From NCBI GenBank assembly GCA_964016885.1, contig OZ024743.1, positions 287,804,001 to 287,868,000 on the forward strand: a stretch of DNA of 64,000 nucleotides. The letters are read 5' to 3'. Shown here piece after piece: positions 14,328 to 28,021 of this stretch. Below the pieces are notes generated by a model. That model did no database searches and was not told the DNA's origin. It saw nothing but the letters and a program-made list of their open reading frames with translations. The position numbers and the translations under genes were made by a program. Origin of the DNA: Eledone cirrhosa. Its lineage: Eukaryota. Positions within the stretch are counted from its first letter, which is position 1. Every line of letters starts with the position of its first letter.

Positions 14328-14467
14328 TTACTGGTACTTTATTTTATCGACCCCGTAAGGATGAAAGGCAAAGTCAACCTCGGCGGGATTTGAACTCAGA
14401 TCGTAAAGGGACGTAACTATGCTGGAAAGCATGGCGTCCGACCCTCTACCGATACTGCCAATCCACC
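14328..14467 (-). mobile_element. SINE (family 1) inserted in the Penelope ORF
   Basis: ttactggtactttattttatcgaccccgtaaggatgaaaggc..gatactgccaatccacc; the RT C-terminal region is missing at this point. Confidence 0.9.
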
Positions 14468-14926
14468 AATAATAAATCGAAATGTAATTGTAGAAATAAA
14501 CCAGATTGCTCTCTGCAAAATAATTGTCTGGATAGAAATCTGGTGTATAAATGCACCGTAAAAACAAATAACAACACATACAACTACATAGGAGCAACTT
14601 CTTCGACATTTAAATCGAGATTTGCGAATCACAAATGCTCATTTTCGAATTTTAATAGGAAGTCTTCGACTTCTTTATCACAACTTATATGGTCATTAAA
14701 AGACAAAAATTTAAAATACTCGATCTTTTGGACGAAGCTTTGTAATAGTAAAATATATACCAACTCATCTATATCAATTAACTGCAACCTCTGCCCAAAG
14801 GAGACCCTATTAATAATTACTAATTATGAAAACTTAATTAACAAAAAAAGTGAATTATTTTCAAACTGCCTTCATAAAACTTTGTCTACATTCCAAGCCT
14901 CGCAAAAAGTCAGGAAAAAACAGTAA
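14468..14926 (+). pseudogene. Penelope GIY-YIG endonuclease domain
   Basis: CNCRNKPDCSLQNNCL..NLVYKC..NYIGAT..FKSRFANHK..CNLC..E..LINKKSEL..CLHK. Confidence 0.9.
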
Positions 14927-16882
14927 ACAATCAGGCCTGATTTTTGACGTCTCTTATCAACTGTTGGGCATAAAAAGTCATAACGGTTTATAAAACTTTA
15001 ATAATGCTTTATCTTCTAATCATTTATGATAGAATTAATGTTAGAATGAAGGACACTCGTTTGATAACTTGTTTACTTGATAAATATACATACCTTATGA
15101 TTTTTTGGATATTTATCATTTTGATTCAGATCTTTATTTATCTGTCTCTGTTTTAAATATATAGTTTGGATATTTAACTTGTAAATTTACTGATTATAAT
15201 TGAACTGTGGATCATTCATGCGTTTGCATATTTTATATATTTTACTCATTTTGAGTATGTTGTTGGGGACTCAGAAAGTTAGATTTGCATTTATTTTTTT
15301 TATATATATCTAGGTATAAATATAACAAACCATAATAGCCGATAAATATTGGTCTATCTCTCCACTGAACTGGAGGTAAAACTACAATTATAGCATTACT
15401 AATAATGATTATAATTATTATTGTTTATTAAATGTATACCGTTTCATTAATACCTATAATAATATCTCTATATAGTTGTACAAATATCTTTATCTAGTGT
15501 AATAACATAATCGTAGTTACATTTATAAATAATTTAGACACTCAAATGACTATATATTGTTATAAGTGTTTGATATTCCCTGGAAGGTCGAACTTATATA
15601 ATGACTTACTTAATATAATATAATTTAATTTAACTTATTTTATTTTATTTTATTTTAATTACATTTAGATTACCTTCGGCTTTTTCAAATATTTAGCTCC
15701 TCTTTATATCACATTCGCTAAAATATTTTAGATGTATCTTTTGTATACTATATTAAAACCCTATTGCATTTATAATATATTTTTAATATTGGGCATCTTT
15801 AAGTTTCGCAAACAATTCATTTTCTTTTATTTGTATATTTATTTTGTATCTAGCCCCTATCATTAGGACTCATATAGTTTTGACTTATATCTTTATAGTA
15901 TATATCAACTAAATGAAAATAATTGATATAAAACATTAATTCTTTAGCAATATTTTTAACAACATTTTTTAACTATATACATTTTTGAACAATATTTTCA
16001 GTAACTTATTTACTATATTGCATTATTGCATTATTGTATTATATTATATATATTTGAAATGTATCACCTCAATTATAAACAAATAATAAACTATAATCTT
16101 TGTATTTTTTGATCAACACATATATATAATTAAAAATTAGGATCTTTAAGTTTAGTTATAAGGCCGCTAGATACTTTAGGCACTCAAACTATTTAACAAT
16201 AAATTCTTTAATAATTATAACTATAATTATTTTATAAATTATATTATATAAACTGTTGTCAATGTTATAAATAATTTTGGTAAAGATTACCTTCGTGAAG
16301 ATATAAAAGCATTATATATATATTTTCTTTCTCATGTTTCGTAAATCCTTTAAATTTGTTTTCATAAAATTTGAATTTTAGAAATTAAACATAATTATAT
16401 TAATACAAATACCTATTAACTTTTAAAACCTAAAATATTATTCATTACTCTGAAATAACTTAAATTAAATATTTTGAAACTTAACCGCCAACTATATTAA
16501 TTTGGACATGTGTTGCATATATGGAAATCTGTGTATATAAACTTGAACATACTCCCATTTGTCTCTCTCTCTCTTTAATCATCTTTCATCTGTTTTTTTC
16601 AAGCCACCTACTAAATATATTATCACATCAGCTGTTTCTTCCTCAATGCTTTCCTTTCCCTCCTCTTTCTCCAGTAGTTTATAAAAATTAAAAAAATTTA
16701 TAACTGTTATATTGATGCCATGTATTTCTTAAGCTCTATTACACGTACCCTCTCTATTGTTTGTATTATGTTATCTCATGTTCTCAATATTAGGGTATAA
16801 ATATTGAGTTTTGTCATAAGTTAATCACTACCATGACTGAATCTTAACCATCTACTATGTCAGGGTATGTCATGCATCATCT

Positions 16883-16949
16883 TATTTTATCTGATGAGGA
16901 CGTACTGTTGAACTTAACTCAGTACCTCTGAAATATGTATAATAAAATA
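16883..16949 (+). ncRNA. Type I hammerhead ribozyme at the Penelope 3' end
   Basis: tattttat-CTGATGA-ggacgtactg..cagtacctct-GAAA-tatgta-TA-ataaaata; perfect 8-bp helix I. Confidence 0.85.
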
Positions 16950-16991
16950 TAATTGATCACAAGAATATCTATTTTGTTAATATTTTGAATG

Positions 16992-17041
<50 letters not shown>

Positions 17042-17108
17042 TATACTATATATATCAGTATGTATAAATACATATATATATATTGGAAGTGTTTGCAGAT
17101 ATAAACTC

Positions 17109-17198
17109 GCATATCTGGGGAGATGTCGAAGAAGAGTCAGGCCCCGGTCATTATGATTGTACCCTAAGCTGATTGATATAGAAACAATTGTAATATGC
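17109..17198 (+). ncRNA. Hammerhead with one core substitution, in a short insert ending in (TC)n
   Basis: gcatat-CTGGGGA-gatgtcga..ttgatata-GAAA-caattg-TA-atatgc. Confidence 0.6.
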
Positions 17199-17241
17199 CA
17201 ATACATTTTCTACATCTGTTGCAACACCCCGACTTTAATTT

Positions 17242-17298
<57 letters not shown>

Positions 17299-17303
17299 GT
17301 AAA

Positions 17304-17361
<58 letters not shown>

Positions 17362-17363
<2 letters not shown>

Positions 17364-17975
17364 AATTGTTTCTACTTTTGGCACAAGGCCAGGAATTATC
17401 CCAGTGTATTACTGGTACTTTATTTTATCGACCCCGTAAGGATGAAAGGCAAAGTTAACCTCGGTGGTACTTCAACCCAGATCATAAAGGACCGTAACTC
17501 TATGCTGCAAAGCATGGCCAACCGACCGCCCTCCTATATATGATAATAATTGTTTTTACTTTTGGAACAAGGCCAGCAATTACCCCGTGCATTACTGGTA
17601 TTTTATTTTATCGACCCCGTAAGGATGAAAGGCAAAGTTAACCTCGGCGGGATTTTGAACTCAGAAAGGCAAGGGCCGTAACTCTATGCGTCAAAGCATG
17701 GCGTCCGACCCTCTACCGATACTGCCAATCCACCCTCATATATGATAAGAATTGTTTCTACTTTAGGCACAAGGCCAGCAATTAAACAGTGCATTACTGG
17801 TACATTATTTTATCGACCCTGTAAGGATGAAAGGTAAAGTCAATCTCGGCGGGATTTGAACTCAGATCGTAAAGGGACGTGATAATAATTGTTTCTACTT
17901 TAGGAACAAGACCAGCAATTACCCAGTGCATTACTGGTACTTTATTTTATCGACCCCGTAACGATGAAAGGCACG
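17362..17975 (-). mobile_element. Head-to-tail array of ~4 SINE (family 1) copies
   Basis: Recurrent aattgtttctactt..ttttatcgacccc units starting near 17362, 17545, 17745 and 17883. Confidence 0.9.
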
Positions 17976-18130
17976 AAAGACAAATACTTTAGATCATCCC
18001 AATTTATTTTATTATACATTTTTATTACTATTATACTAAAACTATGTTTAAATATATATCGTTGAGTGCTTGAAATCTGTTATATATAAGTCACCTGATT
18101 ATAAATCAACTAACTCTTCTTCATTGAAGA

Positions 18131-18175
<45 letters not shown>

Positions 18176-18178
<3 letters not shown>

Positions 18179-18442
18179 AAAGCTCTATTTAAATTGTTGG
18201 GATACAACAAGAAAATATTTTTATAACTGATATAAAGCACTCAACAAATATTTGGAGTAAATATACCATATTAACAAATGGAAACTATATTTATAAAACC
18301 ATATTTATTTTATTATACATATTTCAAGGACACCACGTTAAATTATGGTGTGCTTTCATCAGACAAAATACAATATAGATTAGTTTTATAAATAAATATT
18401 GACATACCCTTAAAAAATGCAACCATTACTGTTGGAAGCTCC

Positions 18443-18445
<3 letters not shown>
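18176..18445 (-). mobile_element. Single-arm copy of family A between (TA)n tracts
   Basis: Colinear with 881-1150 and ends at about the position where that copy folds back. Confidence 0.8.
18306..18370 (-). ncRNA. Type I hammerhead ribozyme
   Basis: Reverse complement tattttgt-CTGATGA-aagcacacca..tggtgtcctt-GAAA-tatgta-TA-ataaaata. Confidence 0.8.
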
Positions 18446-18493
<48 letters not shown>

Positions 18494-18539
18494 CATGGAA
18501 TACTGTTCGCTTCTTGCTACAATACTTTCTATACCTTTC

Positions 18540-18642
<103 letters not shown>

Positions 18643-18699
18643 AGAAAGGAAACTAAACAAACATAGGGATGAAAAAATACACAGTTATATTAGGTTCAT

Positions 18700-18767
<68 letters not shown>

Positions 18768-19182
18768 ACGTTCTTTACCATTTCATATATATATATATAT
18801 CTATATATATATATATAAAATGGTAAAGAACGTTAGTGACTACGGGAGGGTTGATGAAAAAAATACCGAGCAAGTCTCTGTTACTAACGATTTTTCATGT
18901 TGAACGTGATACTAGTGTTTCTAGTTACGAAGTAGTGACATTTCGCTTTTCTTTTAGTACCACAAAACATTTAACCATTATCCATTGCCGTATCGGATGA
19001 TGACAAGTCTTTTAGAAGATGTTTCTTCATTTGAGCAAATATAGTGTTAGTAAATGGGAAATATACAGATGTTTGTTGTTTATAGCTTAGTTCAAAGGTT
19101 GCCATTTATAATAAAACCTTATATCAAACAGTTGTTTATATTCTTCTTCTTCTCTCCCCCCCCTCCTCCTCCTCCTACAACA

Positions 19183-19257
<75 letters not shown>

Positions 19258-19909
19258 GTAATGTCTATGTAATGTTGCCCATTCGTCACATTTGTGGCAA
19301 TAAAGAAATTAAACGACCCACACCCCTCTCTACCATTTCATATCAAGCTCTCTTTTATCCGCCAAAGGCTGGTGACGTTGAAAGACATACTGTTTGAATT
19401 TGAAAACTGTGTCTACATACACGGATGCTCGTGCTAGAAGGTTACGCATCATATATCAACAGAGACAAATCAGTGGGTTACAATCCGGCACCTTCAGAGT
19501 AAGACCACGCCAACCAGCTGTTGCTTTTGTCGTTGAATCAATGGTCAAGTTAAGGTGTTCGGAGTTTGATTTGGACTTGACCTCCAGGTAGAGAAAACCT
19601 AGGAAGACATCGAGAAACGGATTGATAGGAAGATGTTTCTGAATGTTTGGATAGCAGTCGTTAATGTCTAAATCGCATCACAATTGTGTTTTGACCAAGG
19701 AAATATTCAACCAGATTGGAGCTTATGCTACTTTTCTTCTTGTTGATCAAGACATTCACCTACTCCCAACAACTATTCTATGGAAGTCTCAGAATGCCAC
19801 CATTAATGATGCGGAGGAAGGCGGTGAGTCTGAAACACGTGCAGAGTTCTTGGACTGATCGGCGAAGACGTTACTCAATAGCATTATACGCCATTAATAC
19901 AGCCCATTA

Positions 19910-20112
19910 GGGTGGTGGATTGACATAGTCGTTAGAGAGCCGGACAAAATGGTTTGCAGTAGTTACGGCCCTTTACGGCCGAGGTTGGCTCTGCCTTCAT
20001 TCTCCAGGAGTCGATAAAATAATGTACCGGTTACGTACTGGGGCCGATGCAATCGATTATAACTCTCCGTCCACCTAAATTGCTGGCCTCGTGCCAAAAT
20101 TAGAAATCATTA
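19910..20112 (+). mobile_element. Diverged SINE (family 1)
   Basis: gccttcattctccaggagtcgataaaataatgtacc..gctggcctcgtgccaaaattagaaa. Confidence 0.75.
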
Positions 20113-20611
20113 TTAAAACACTTCTTTCTGCTGTTTGACTATTTGACTGAGCTGTAATCCTTTGTTAAGAACAGAGGTTGGGCGCTTGGCACATGAACAA
20201 AGTGGGTAATGTGAAATATTTGGAAGTTCGTCGACAGTACCAGTAATTCACACGGCCTTGTTACACACTGTGTCACTCTGCTACTTAGCCACTTATGCTA
20301 TTATACAAAACAGACCGTACCGATAATTAAAAGGACTAGCCTTGCTACACACTATCACGCTGATTCTCTTTGAGATTAACGTTAAGGGTGCACGGATCTA
20401 GGGAATGCTCAGACACTTACACGTTAATTTCACAAGCAGGCTGTTCAGTTGACTGGCCAACTGGAACACACATCAAGTAGGCTGTTCAGTTGACACATCA
20501 TTGAAAGAAGCGTATGTTCATTTGTATGTACATTAACATACAAGCAATCACAAAATCACAATCGCGTTTTACTGTTACTGCTTTCGATTATATTAAAGTG
20601 ATACTAATAGA

Positions 20612-20770
20612 TTGCTTGGACCCCGTACTGCCGAGCTCCTCCACAAGATTTCAGCATCGACAGCCCGTCTGAGGAGGGAGCCCCGCGAGGTTGTGTGGCT
20701 GTTGCAGCGGGTGTCCTGGCCATCGGCCGGGGGAATGTTTTTGCCGTCTTATCAGCGGGTCGCAGTACTT
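20612..20770 (+). pseudogene. CRE-like non-LTR retrotransposon C-terminal (RLE) fragment
   Basis: GPRTAELLHKIS..LRREPREVVWLLQRVS, then after a frameshift AIGRGNVFAVL. Confidence 0.65.
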
Positions 20771-21287
20771 CTGCCCTCTTGCCCTAAGCCAAAATCCAAA
20801 TCCCCCCTCACCCCTCACCCCTCACCCTTTCCGATCCTTTTCTTCTTTCTTCCTCTCCTCTTTTTTTCTATATTTCTCTATTCTTTCTTTCCTTTTGTTT
20901 CCTCTTCTTTTTTTTTTAATTATTATTTCTATATTGAAAATAGACATGTTTCTTTGGTAATTCTAAAAAAAAAAAGATAGATTAGGTGTGGTGAAAATTG
21001 TCGGTCATACTGTGAAAAGGGGATGGTAAGAGTCTGTGTATGTAAGAGAGAGGAAGAGAAGGAGAGATGAGAGAACGAAAGAGGGAGAGAAGTGAGGGAG
21101 AGAGAGGTGAGGGAAAGAGAGGAGAGGGAAAGAGAGAGAAGAGAGAGGAAAAGAGGACTGAGACGAGGGAGAGAGAGAAGGGGAGAGAGAGGAAAAGAGG
21201 AGAAGGCAAGCGAGCGAGAGAAGAGGGAGAGAGTGGAAAAGAGAGACAGAGGAGAAGAAGGAAAATGAGAGAGGGGAGAGAGAGAAT

Positions 21288-21342
<55 letters not shown>

Positions 21343-21475
21343 GGGCGATGGTGGTGTCGATTTTCTTTCAAACTTCGCTGTACGAAAAATATTGTTTAAT
21401 CTGAAATTATGAGTAAAATATTCCAGTTCGGTAGTTTCAGTCATTTGTTAAATGTATTCTTTTCATATATATTAT

Positions 21476-21722
21476 TTATAAACGGAAAAGCAAGCGAAAG
21501 GCTCTAGGGTCAGAGAAGATTGGGACGGCTAAAGGGAAGGGTGATAGGCAAGACCGCAAAAGCATTTCCGCGGACAATGGCAAGCGACACTCGCTGCAAC
21601 AGCCAACACACCTTGCGGGGCTCTCTCTCAGAGGGGCTGCCGACGTTCCGATTTCACACACGTAGAGGCCGAGCATGGGGCCACTCCGATGCGAGTGCAC
21701 TCGTCATCAAGAAGGGTACCGG
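21476..21722 (-). pseudogene. CRE-like retrotransposon fragment, internally deleted
   Basis: Minus strand gives GTLLDDECTRIGVA..LGLYVCE joined to EPRKVCWLLQRVSLAIVRGNAFAVL. Confidence 0.65.
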
Positions 21723-21954
21723 TTGATATTTTTTTAACATTAAAAAAGTACAAGAAAATAAATTTATAATATTTATATTATTTATTTATATATAAAACAA
21801 ACACTTACAATGTCCAATTGATCTTTAATACCTGGTGGTTATTTCTATATTGATCTTCAATACTTGCTGTTTGTTTCTAATTAACCGTGGAATTTCCACG
21901 GAGTCAGCTAGTTTCAATAATCGCTTGTTACTATTGCTACTATTTCAATAATGC

Positions 21955-22800
21955 ATAATTGTTTCTACTTTTGGAAGAAGGCCAGCAATTATCCAGTACA
22001 TTACTGGTACTTTATTGTATCGACCTTGTATGGATGAAAGGCAAAGTTAACCTCGGCGGCATTTGACCACAGATCATAAAGAGCCGTAACTCTTTGCTGC
22101 AAAGCATGGCGCAAACTCCTACCTTCCTCACGATCTTTCTTTTATAGTTAGCTTTCATAGAAGAGCGGTGGATTGGCAGAATCGGTAGAGTGCCGGACAA
22201 CATGGTTAGTGGCATAGAGTTACGGACCTTTACGTTCTGAGATCAAATCCCGCCGAGGTTAACTTTGCCTTTTATCCTTACGGGGTCGATAAACTAAAGT
22301 ACCAGTAACGTACTGGGTCGATTTAATCGACTTTCCCTTCCCCCCAAAATTACTGGCCTATACTAGAAATCATAGCTTTCATAGAAGGATCACAATATTT
22401 TCATCCTTAATGTTATTGTTGTGGTGGGCCAGGGCGGAGAGGAACGATGTGTTAAGATTTGAGATTTTGACTAAAGTTGTTTGTTTCTTTGTTTTAGCTT
22501 ATTTATTTATTTATTTTTTGTTCTTTGATGGTGGTGATAGTAAAACCAGTGGCGATAGTGTTGGTGGGATAATTGAGGTTGTTGTTGTGGTGGTGGTGAT
22601 AATGGTGACAATAATTGTTTCTACTTTTGGCACAAGGCCAGCAATTACCCAGTGCATTACTGGTACTTTATTTTATCGACCCCGTAAAGATGAAAGGCAA
22701 AGTTAACCTTGGCAGGATTTGAACTCACACCATAAAGGGCCGTAACTCTTTGCTGCAAAACATGGCGTCAGACCCTCTACCAATACTGCCAATCCACTGC
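21955..22800. mobile_element. Cluster of three SINE (family 1) copies: 21955-22115 (-), 22165-22370 (+), 22610-22800 (-)
   Basis: Family consensus motifs in each copy. Confidence 0.85.
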
Positions 22801-22851
22801 CTTTATAATGGTGATAATAATGATGGTTACGAAAACGACTACGACGACGAC

Positions 22852-22888
<37 letters not shown>

Positions 22889-22939
22889 GTGATGGAACTT
22901 ATTGTAATTTGCTCTAAATAAATACAATCACATCACCTT

Positions 22940-24960
22940 TACCACCACCACCACCACCACTACCACCACCACCACCGCAACAACAACAACCACCACCACC
23001 ACACAACCACCACCACCACAACCACCACCACCACAACCACGACGACCACCACCACCACCTCAACCACCACCACCACCATCACCACCACCACCACCATCAC
23101 CACCACCACCACCACCATCACCACCACCACCAGCACCACAACCACCACCACCACCACCACCATCACCATCACCTCAACCACCATCACCACCACCACCACC
23201 ATCACCACCACCACCACCACCATCACCACCACCTCAACCACCATCACCACCACCATCACCACCACCACCACCACCACCACAACCACCACCACAACCACCA
23301 CCACAACCACCATCATCACCACCACAACCACCACCACCACCACCACAACCACCACCACAACCACCACCACCACCACCACAACCACCACCACAACCACCAC
23401 CACCACCACCACAACCACCACCACAACTACCACCACCACCACAACCACCACCACCACCACCACAACCACCACCATCACCACCACCATCACCACCACCATC
23501 ACCACCACCACCACCACCACAACCACCACCACAACCACCACCACCACCACCACAACCACCACCACAACCACCACCACCACCACCACCACCACAACCACCA
23601 CCACAACCACCACCACCACCACCACAACCACCACCACCACCACCACAACCACCACCACAACCACCACCACCACCACCACAACCACCACCACAACTACCAC
23701 CACCATCACCACCACCATCACCACCACCACCACCACCACCACCACCACCACCACAACCACCACCACAACCACCACCACAACCACCACCACCACCACCACA
23801 ACCACCACCACAACCACCACCACAACCACCACCACAACCACCACCACCACCACCACAACCACAACCACCACAACCACCACCACAACCACCACCACAACCA
23901 CCACCACAACCACCACAACCACCACCACAACCACAACCACCACCACAACTACCACCACCACCACCACCACAACCACCACCACAACCACCACCACCACCAC
24001 CACCACCACCACCACCACAACCACCACCACAACCACAACCACCACCACAACCACCACCACAACCACCACCACCACCACCACCACCACCACCACCACCACC
24101 ACAACCACCACCACAACCACAACCACCACCACCACCACAACTACCACCACCACCGCCACAACTCAACTCAAACCACCAGCAAGAAAATCATCTTATCATC
24201 AACCCCGCACCACCCTCGCCATCATCAATCCATTCACCCCCTTCATCACCATCTTCATCACTACAACCACCACTACCGCCACTGTAACCACCACCACTAC
24301 CACCACCACTACCGCCACTGTAACCACCACCACTACCACCACCACTACCGCCACTGTAACCACCACCACTACCACCATCACTATCACCACAGTAACCACC
24401 ATCTCCGTTTATTTCACCGCCAACACCGCACTCTCTCTACTACAGTACCACCATCCTCACCACTCACGCCACCCTCGCCATTACTATCACTACCGTGACC
24501 ACCAACACCTCCACTAGCTCCGCCACTATTATCAATATCATCATGATCTACAGCACCACTACCACCATCACCTATATTACCACCACTACTGCTATAACCA
24601 CCTACATCACCATCAACACACCACTACTGACATCACCACCACCATCACAGCCACCACTACCATCACCATCACAGCCGCCACCACTACCACCACCAACCAC
24701 CACCACTGACATCGACACCATCACCGCCATCACCACCACCACAATCACCACCACTGACATCGACACCATCACCACCACAACCTCAACCACCATTACCACC
24801 ACAACCACCATTACCACCATAAACACCACCACCACCACCACCACCACCACCACCTTCACTGACATCAACACCATCACCACCATTACCACCACCAACACAA
24901 CCACCACTGACATCAACACCACCACCACTACCATTACCATTAGTTCCAATATTACCATCA
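22940..24960. repeat. (CAC)n/(CAA) triplet tract, degenerate after ~24160
   Basis: Directly visible; source of the poly-V/G/W ORFs. Confidence 0.97.
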
Positions 24961-26383
24961 CTCACACACTAATTCACATAATGTGCACATTTATTCAAAC
25001 ACACACTCTCTGTCACACACGCTCACAAACACTCTTATACAAACTCTCACGTATACACACTCAGACGCACACACAAACTCATTCTCACACCTACATTCAA
25101 TCACTCACAGAATCACACTCACACACACAAACAAATATACAATTTGAAATACACTAACACGCACAACTATTCACTCACACGATTACAAATGCACTCACAC
25201 ATTCATTCAATTACACATACATCTCACACATACACTTTCTCACACACACACACACACACTTTCATTCATACAATTACAAATACACTAACACATTCATTCA
25301 ATCAAATGTACATTCTCACACAATTTCTCACACAGAATTTCTCACACAAACACATACCACACAATTTCTCACACAAACACACACACACACTCGCACACAC
25401 ACTCTCATAAAATAACACACGCACACAAACCACACACACACAGACAGACACACACGCGCTCTCATATGCTCTTATATGCTGACTAGCTGGACAGCTTCGC
25501 TCCTTCCATCTTTTTCTAAGAACACTGAAAGGGCCGGCTAATCAAATCAAAGGCGAAGCAGACGATATATACCACATGAAATATATTTCGACAGAGCAAT
25601 GAATTTAGCTTCTATTTAAAATACATTGTCTTTCCTCAAAGACTTGTTATCATCTTTATGCTGCTTGACAATTCCCGATGCCAGCCGAACTTCAACGGAA
25701 TTTAATCGAATACTAATGACCAAGAAAAGCAACCAACAAACAAACGTATACACCATTCATACATACATGCACACACAGAACCATACATACATACATACTT
25801 AAATACATGCATACATACATACATACATACATACATACATACATACATACATACATACATACCTAAATACATACATACCTAAATACATACATACCTAAAT
25901 ACATACCTAAATACATACATACATACCTAAATACATACATACAAGCACACAACCATACGTATATACACACATCCATACATACATGTACACAACTATACAC
26001 ATACACATATACACGTATACACATATATAAGCACACAGAGTAAAGAAGTTGATTAAATGGCAGCCGCAAAAATAAAGTAAATTCTCTTTTTTATTTATCT
26101 ATCTCCTTATCTTCCACCCCCTCTCTCGTTCTTTCTCTAATTTTCTTTTTCTCACTCTCGCTTTCTCTAACTATACACACAGACACACGCATGCACACAC
26201 ACACACACACATATAGTTATATAAACATATAACTATATGTGTGTGTGCATACGTATATATGTATATGTATGTATATGTATGTATATGTATATATGTATAT
26301 GTATGTATATGTATATGTATGTATATGTATATATGTATAGATACATATGTATCTATATGTATATGTATCTATACCTATATGTA

Positions 26384-26454
<71 letters not shown>

Positions 26455-27115
26455 TGCGTGTGTATGTGTGTGTTTTAATGCTTGTCCAAAACCAGACTCC
26501 AACGTCAATCAAACTGCATTTAACAAAGCACAGTTAAGCAATATAAAACAAACAGCAAGCTAAGCCAGCAAGCAAATTTGTGCGTTTTTGCCTTTTTCAC
26601 TACTACTTCTCCCATTAATATCTTTGATATTAGCAGAACATTCACATGGGGATTTTTGCCAGGAATCTTAAAATGAAGACAAATGGGCAAAGGTTTAAGG
26701 CTGAATGATTTGCTGTTTGTAGTTTTAGGAACTGGACTCAGCCGTATTCTAAACACGCTCGACCCATCAGAAGCTCGAAGGTGAGAAGAAATGTATTCTC
26801 CGTCGTCTTGCCGATTCTACAAAACTTTTACTTTTACTTTCACTTTCCAAATCCATCCACTATTTTTTCTTTTCTCTCTTTCTCTTAAATTGGAATGAGT
26901 AGCTGTTAATCAGTTGATTTTTCTACTCTATCTTATCAATGATTCCCACACCATCCACTTCTCTCTCTTTCTCCTTCTTTGTCTTTTTCTTTCCCTCTTT
27001 CTCTTTCTCTTCCAATATCCCCCCCTCTCTCTACCTTCTTTTCTTCTCTAATAAGTATTTCTAAACATTACGCAGCCAATATATTTATTCTCCATTTTGG
27101 TCTTCTCTTTTAGGC

Positions 27116-27146
<31 letters not shown>

Positions 27147-27574
27147 CTTATTTATTTATTTATTTATTTATTCAATCTATTTATTTATCAGCTCATGTTT
27201 TAAATTACGTTCAAATTATTTATTTTTTTCTTTAAATATAATTTCATTATCTAATTTTTGTGTGAATATTTTGGTTCTCTCATTTCAATGAGTTTTATTG
27301 TGTTTTGTCTTATAGCATCACCGATACTGGGAATTATTCCCACCCTTACCATTACCACACCCCATCGCTACCACGAACAGCACAGCATATATGACGGCAA
27401 ATTTATCATTCATTTCAACTGAGGGTGGCAGAATGATAGAAAAGAAAGAATGCTTGATAAAATATTCCGGGGAATTTAGTTCTGGGTTCAAGTACCAAGG
27501 AGATTCGATCAACATTGGTATTTATCTGGGCATAAATGTAAAGTGACGTCTGAAACAATTGCGATACTAACATT

Positions 27575-27880
27575 AATAATTGTTTCTACTTTTGGCACAA
27601 GGCCAGCAATTACCCAATGCATTACTGGTACTTTATATGGTTTCTGATTTAGACACAAGGGGAGGGGGAGTTGATTAAATCGACCACAGTACGTTACTGG
27701 TACTTTATTTTATCGACACCTTCAGGATGAAAGGCTAAGTGACCTCAGCGGAAATTGAATTCAGAATGTAAAGAGCCCCAACAACTACTGCTACACGTTT
27801 GCTCGACGTTCTAACGTCTCTGCCAACCTACCGCTCTTGCAACTAGGCCATTTTCAAAGGTGATAATAAGTCCTCCGATT
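27575..27880 (-). mobile_element. SINE (family 1) copies, one with a 5' extension
   Basis: 27660-27880 is a near-identical reverse complement of 51593-51812. Confidence 0.8.
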
Positions 27881-28021
27881 ATTTGAAAAGAATACGTAGG
27901 ATAATATGTGCGCGCGTGTATGTATGTATGTATGTATGTATGTATGTATGTATGTATGTATGTATGTATGTATGTATGTATGTATGTATGCATGCATGTA
28001 TGTATGTATCTATGTATGTAT

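Larger units (their letters stand above)
13831..16997 (+). mobile_element. Penelope-like retroelement, 5'-truncated, inserted in (TA)n
   Basis: PLE-type RT followed by GIY-YIG endonuclease, ~2-kb AT-rich 3' region and terminal hammerhead; flanked by a duplicated 25-mer (13784-13808, 17042-17066). Confidence 0.9.

Noticed and set aside
22960-25157. Poly-Val, Gly/Cys-rich and Thr-rich (mucin-like) ORFs
   Set aside because: Products of (CAC)n repeats; no splice or domain evidence
26480-26830. Unique sequence, possible exon or regulatory element
   Set aside because: No supportable homology from sequence alone
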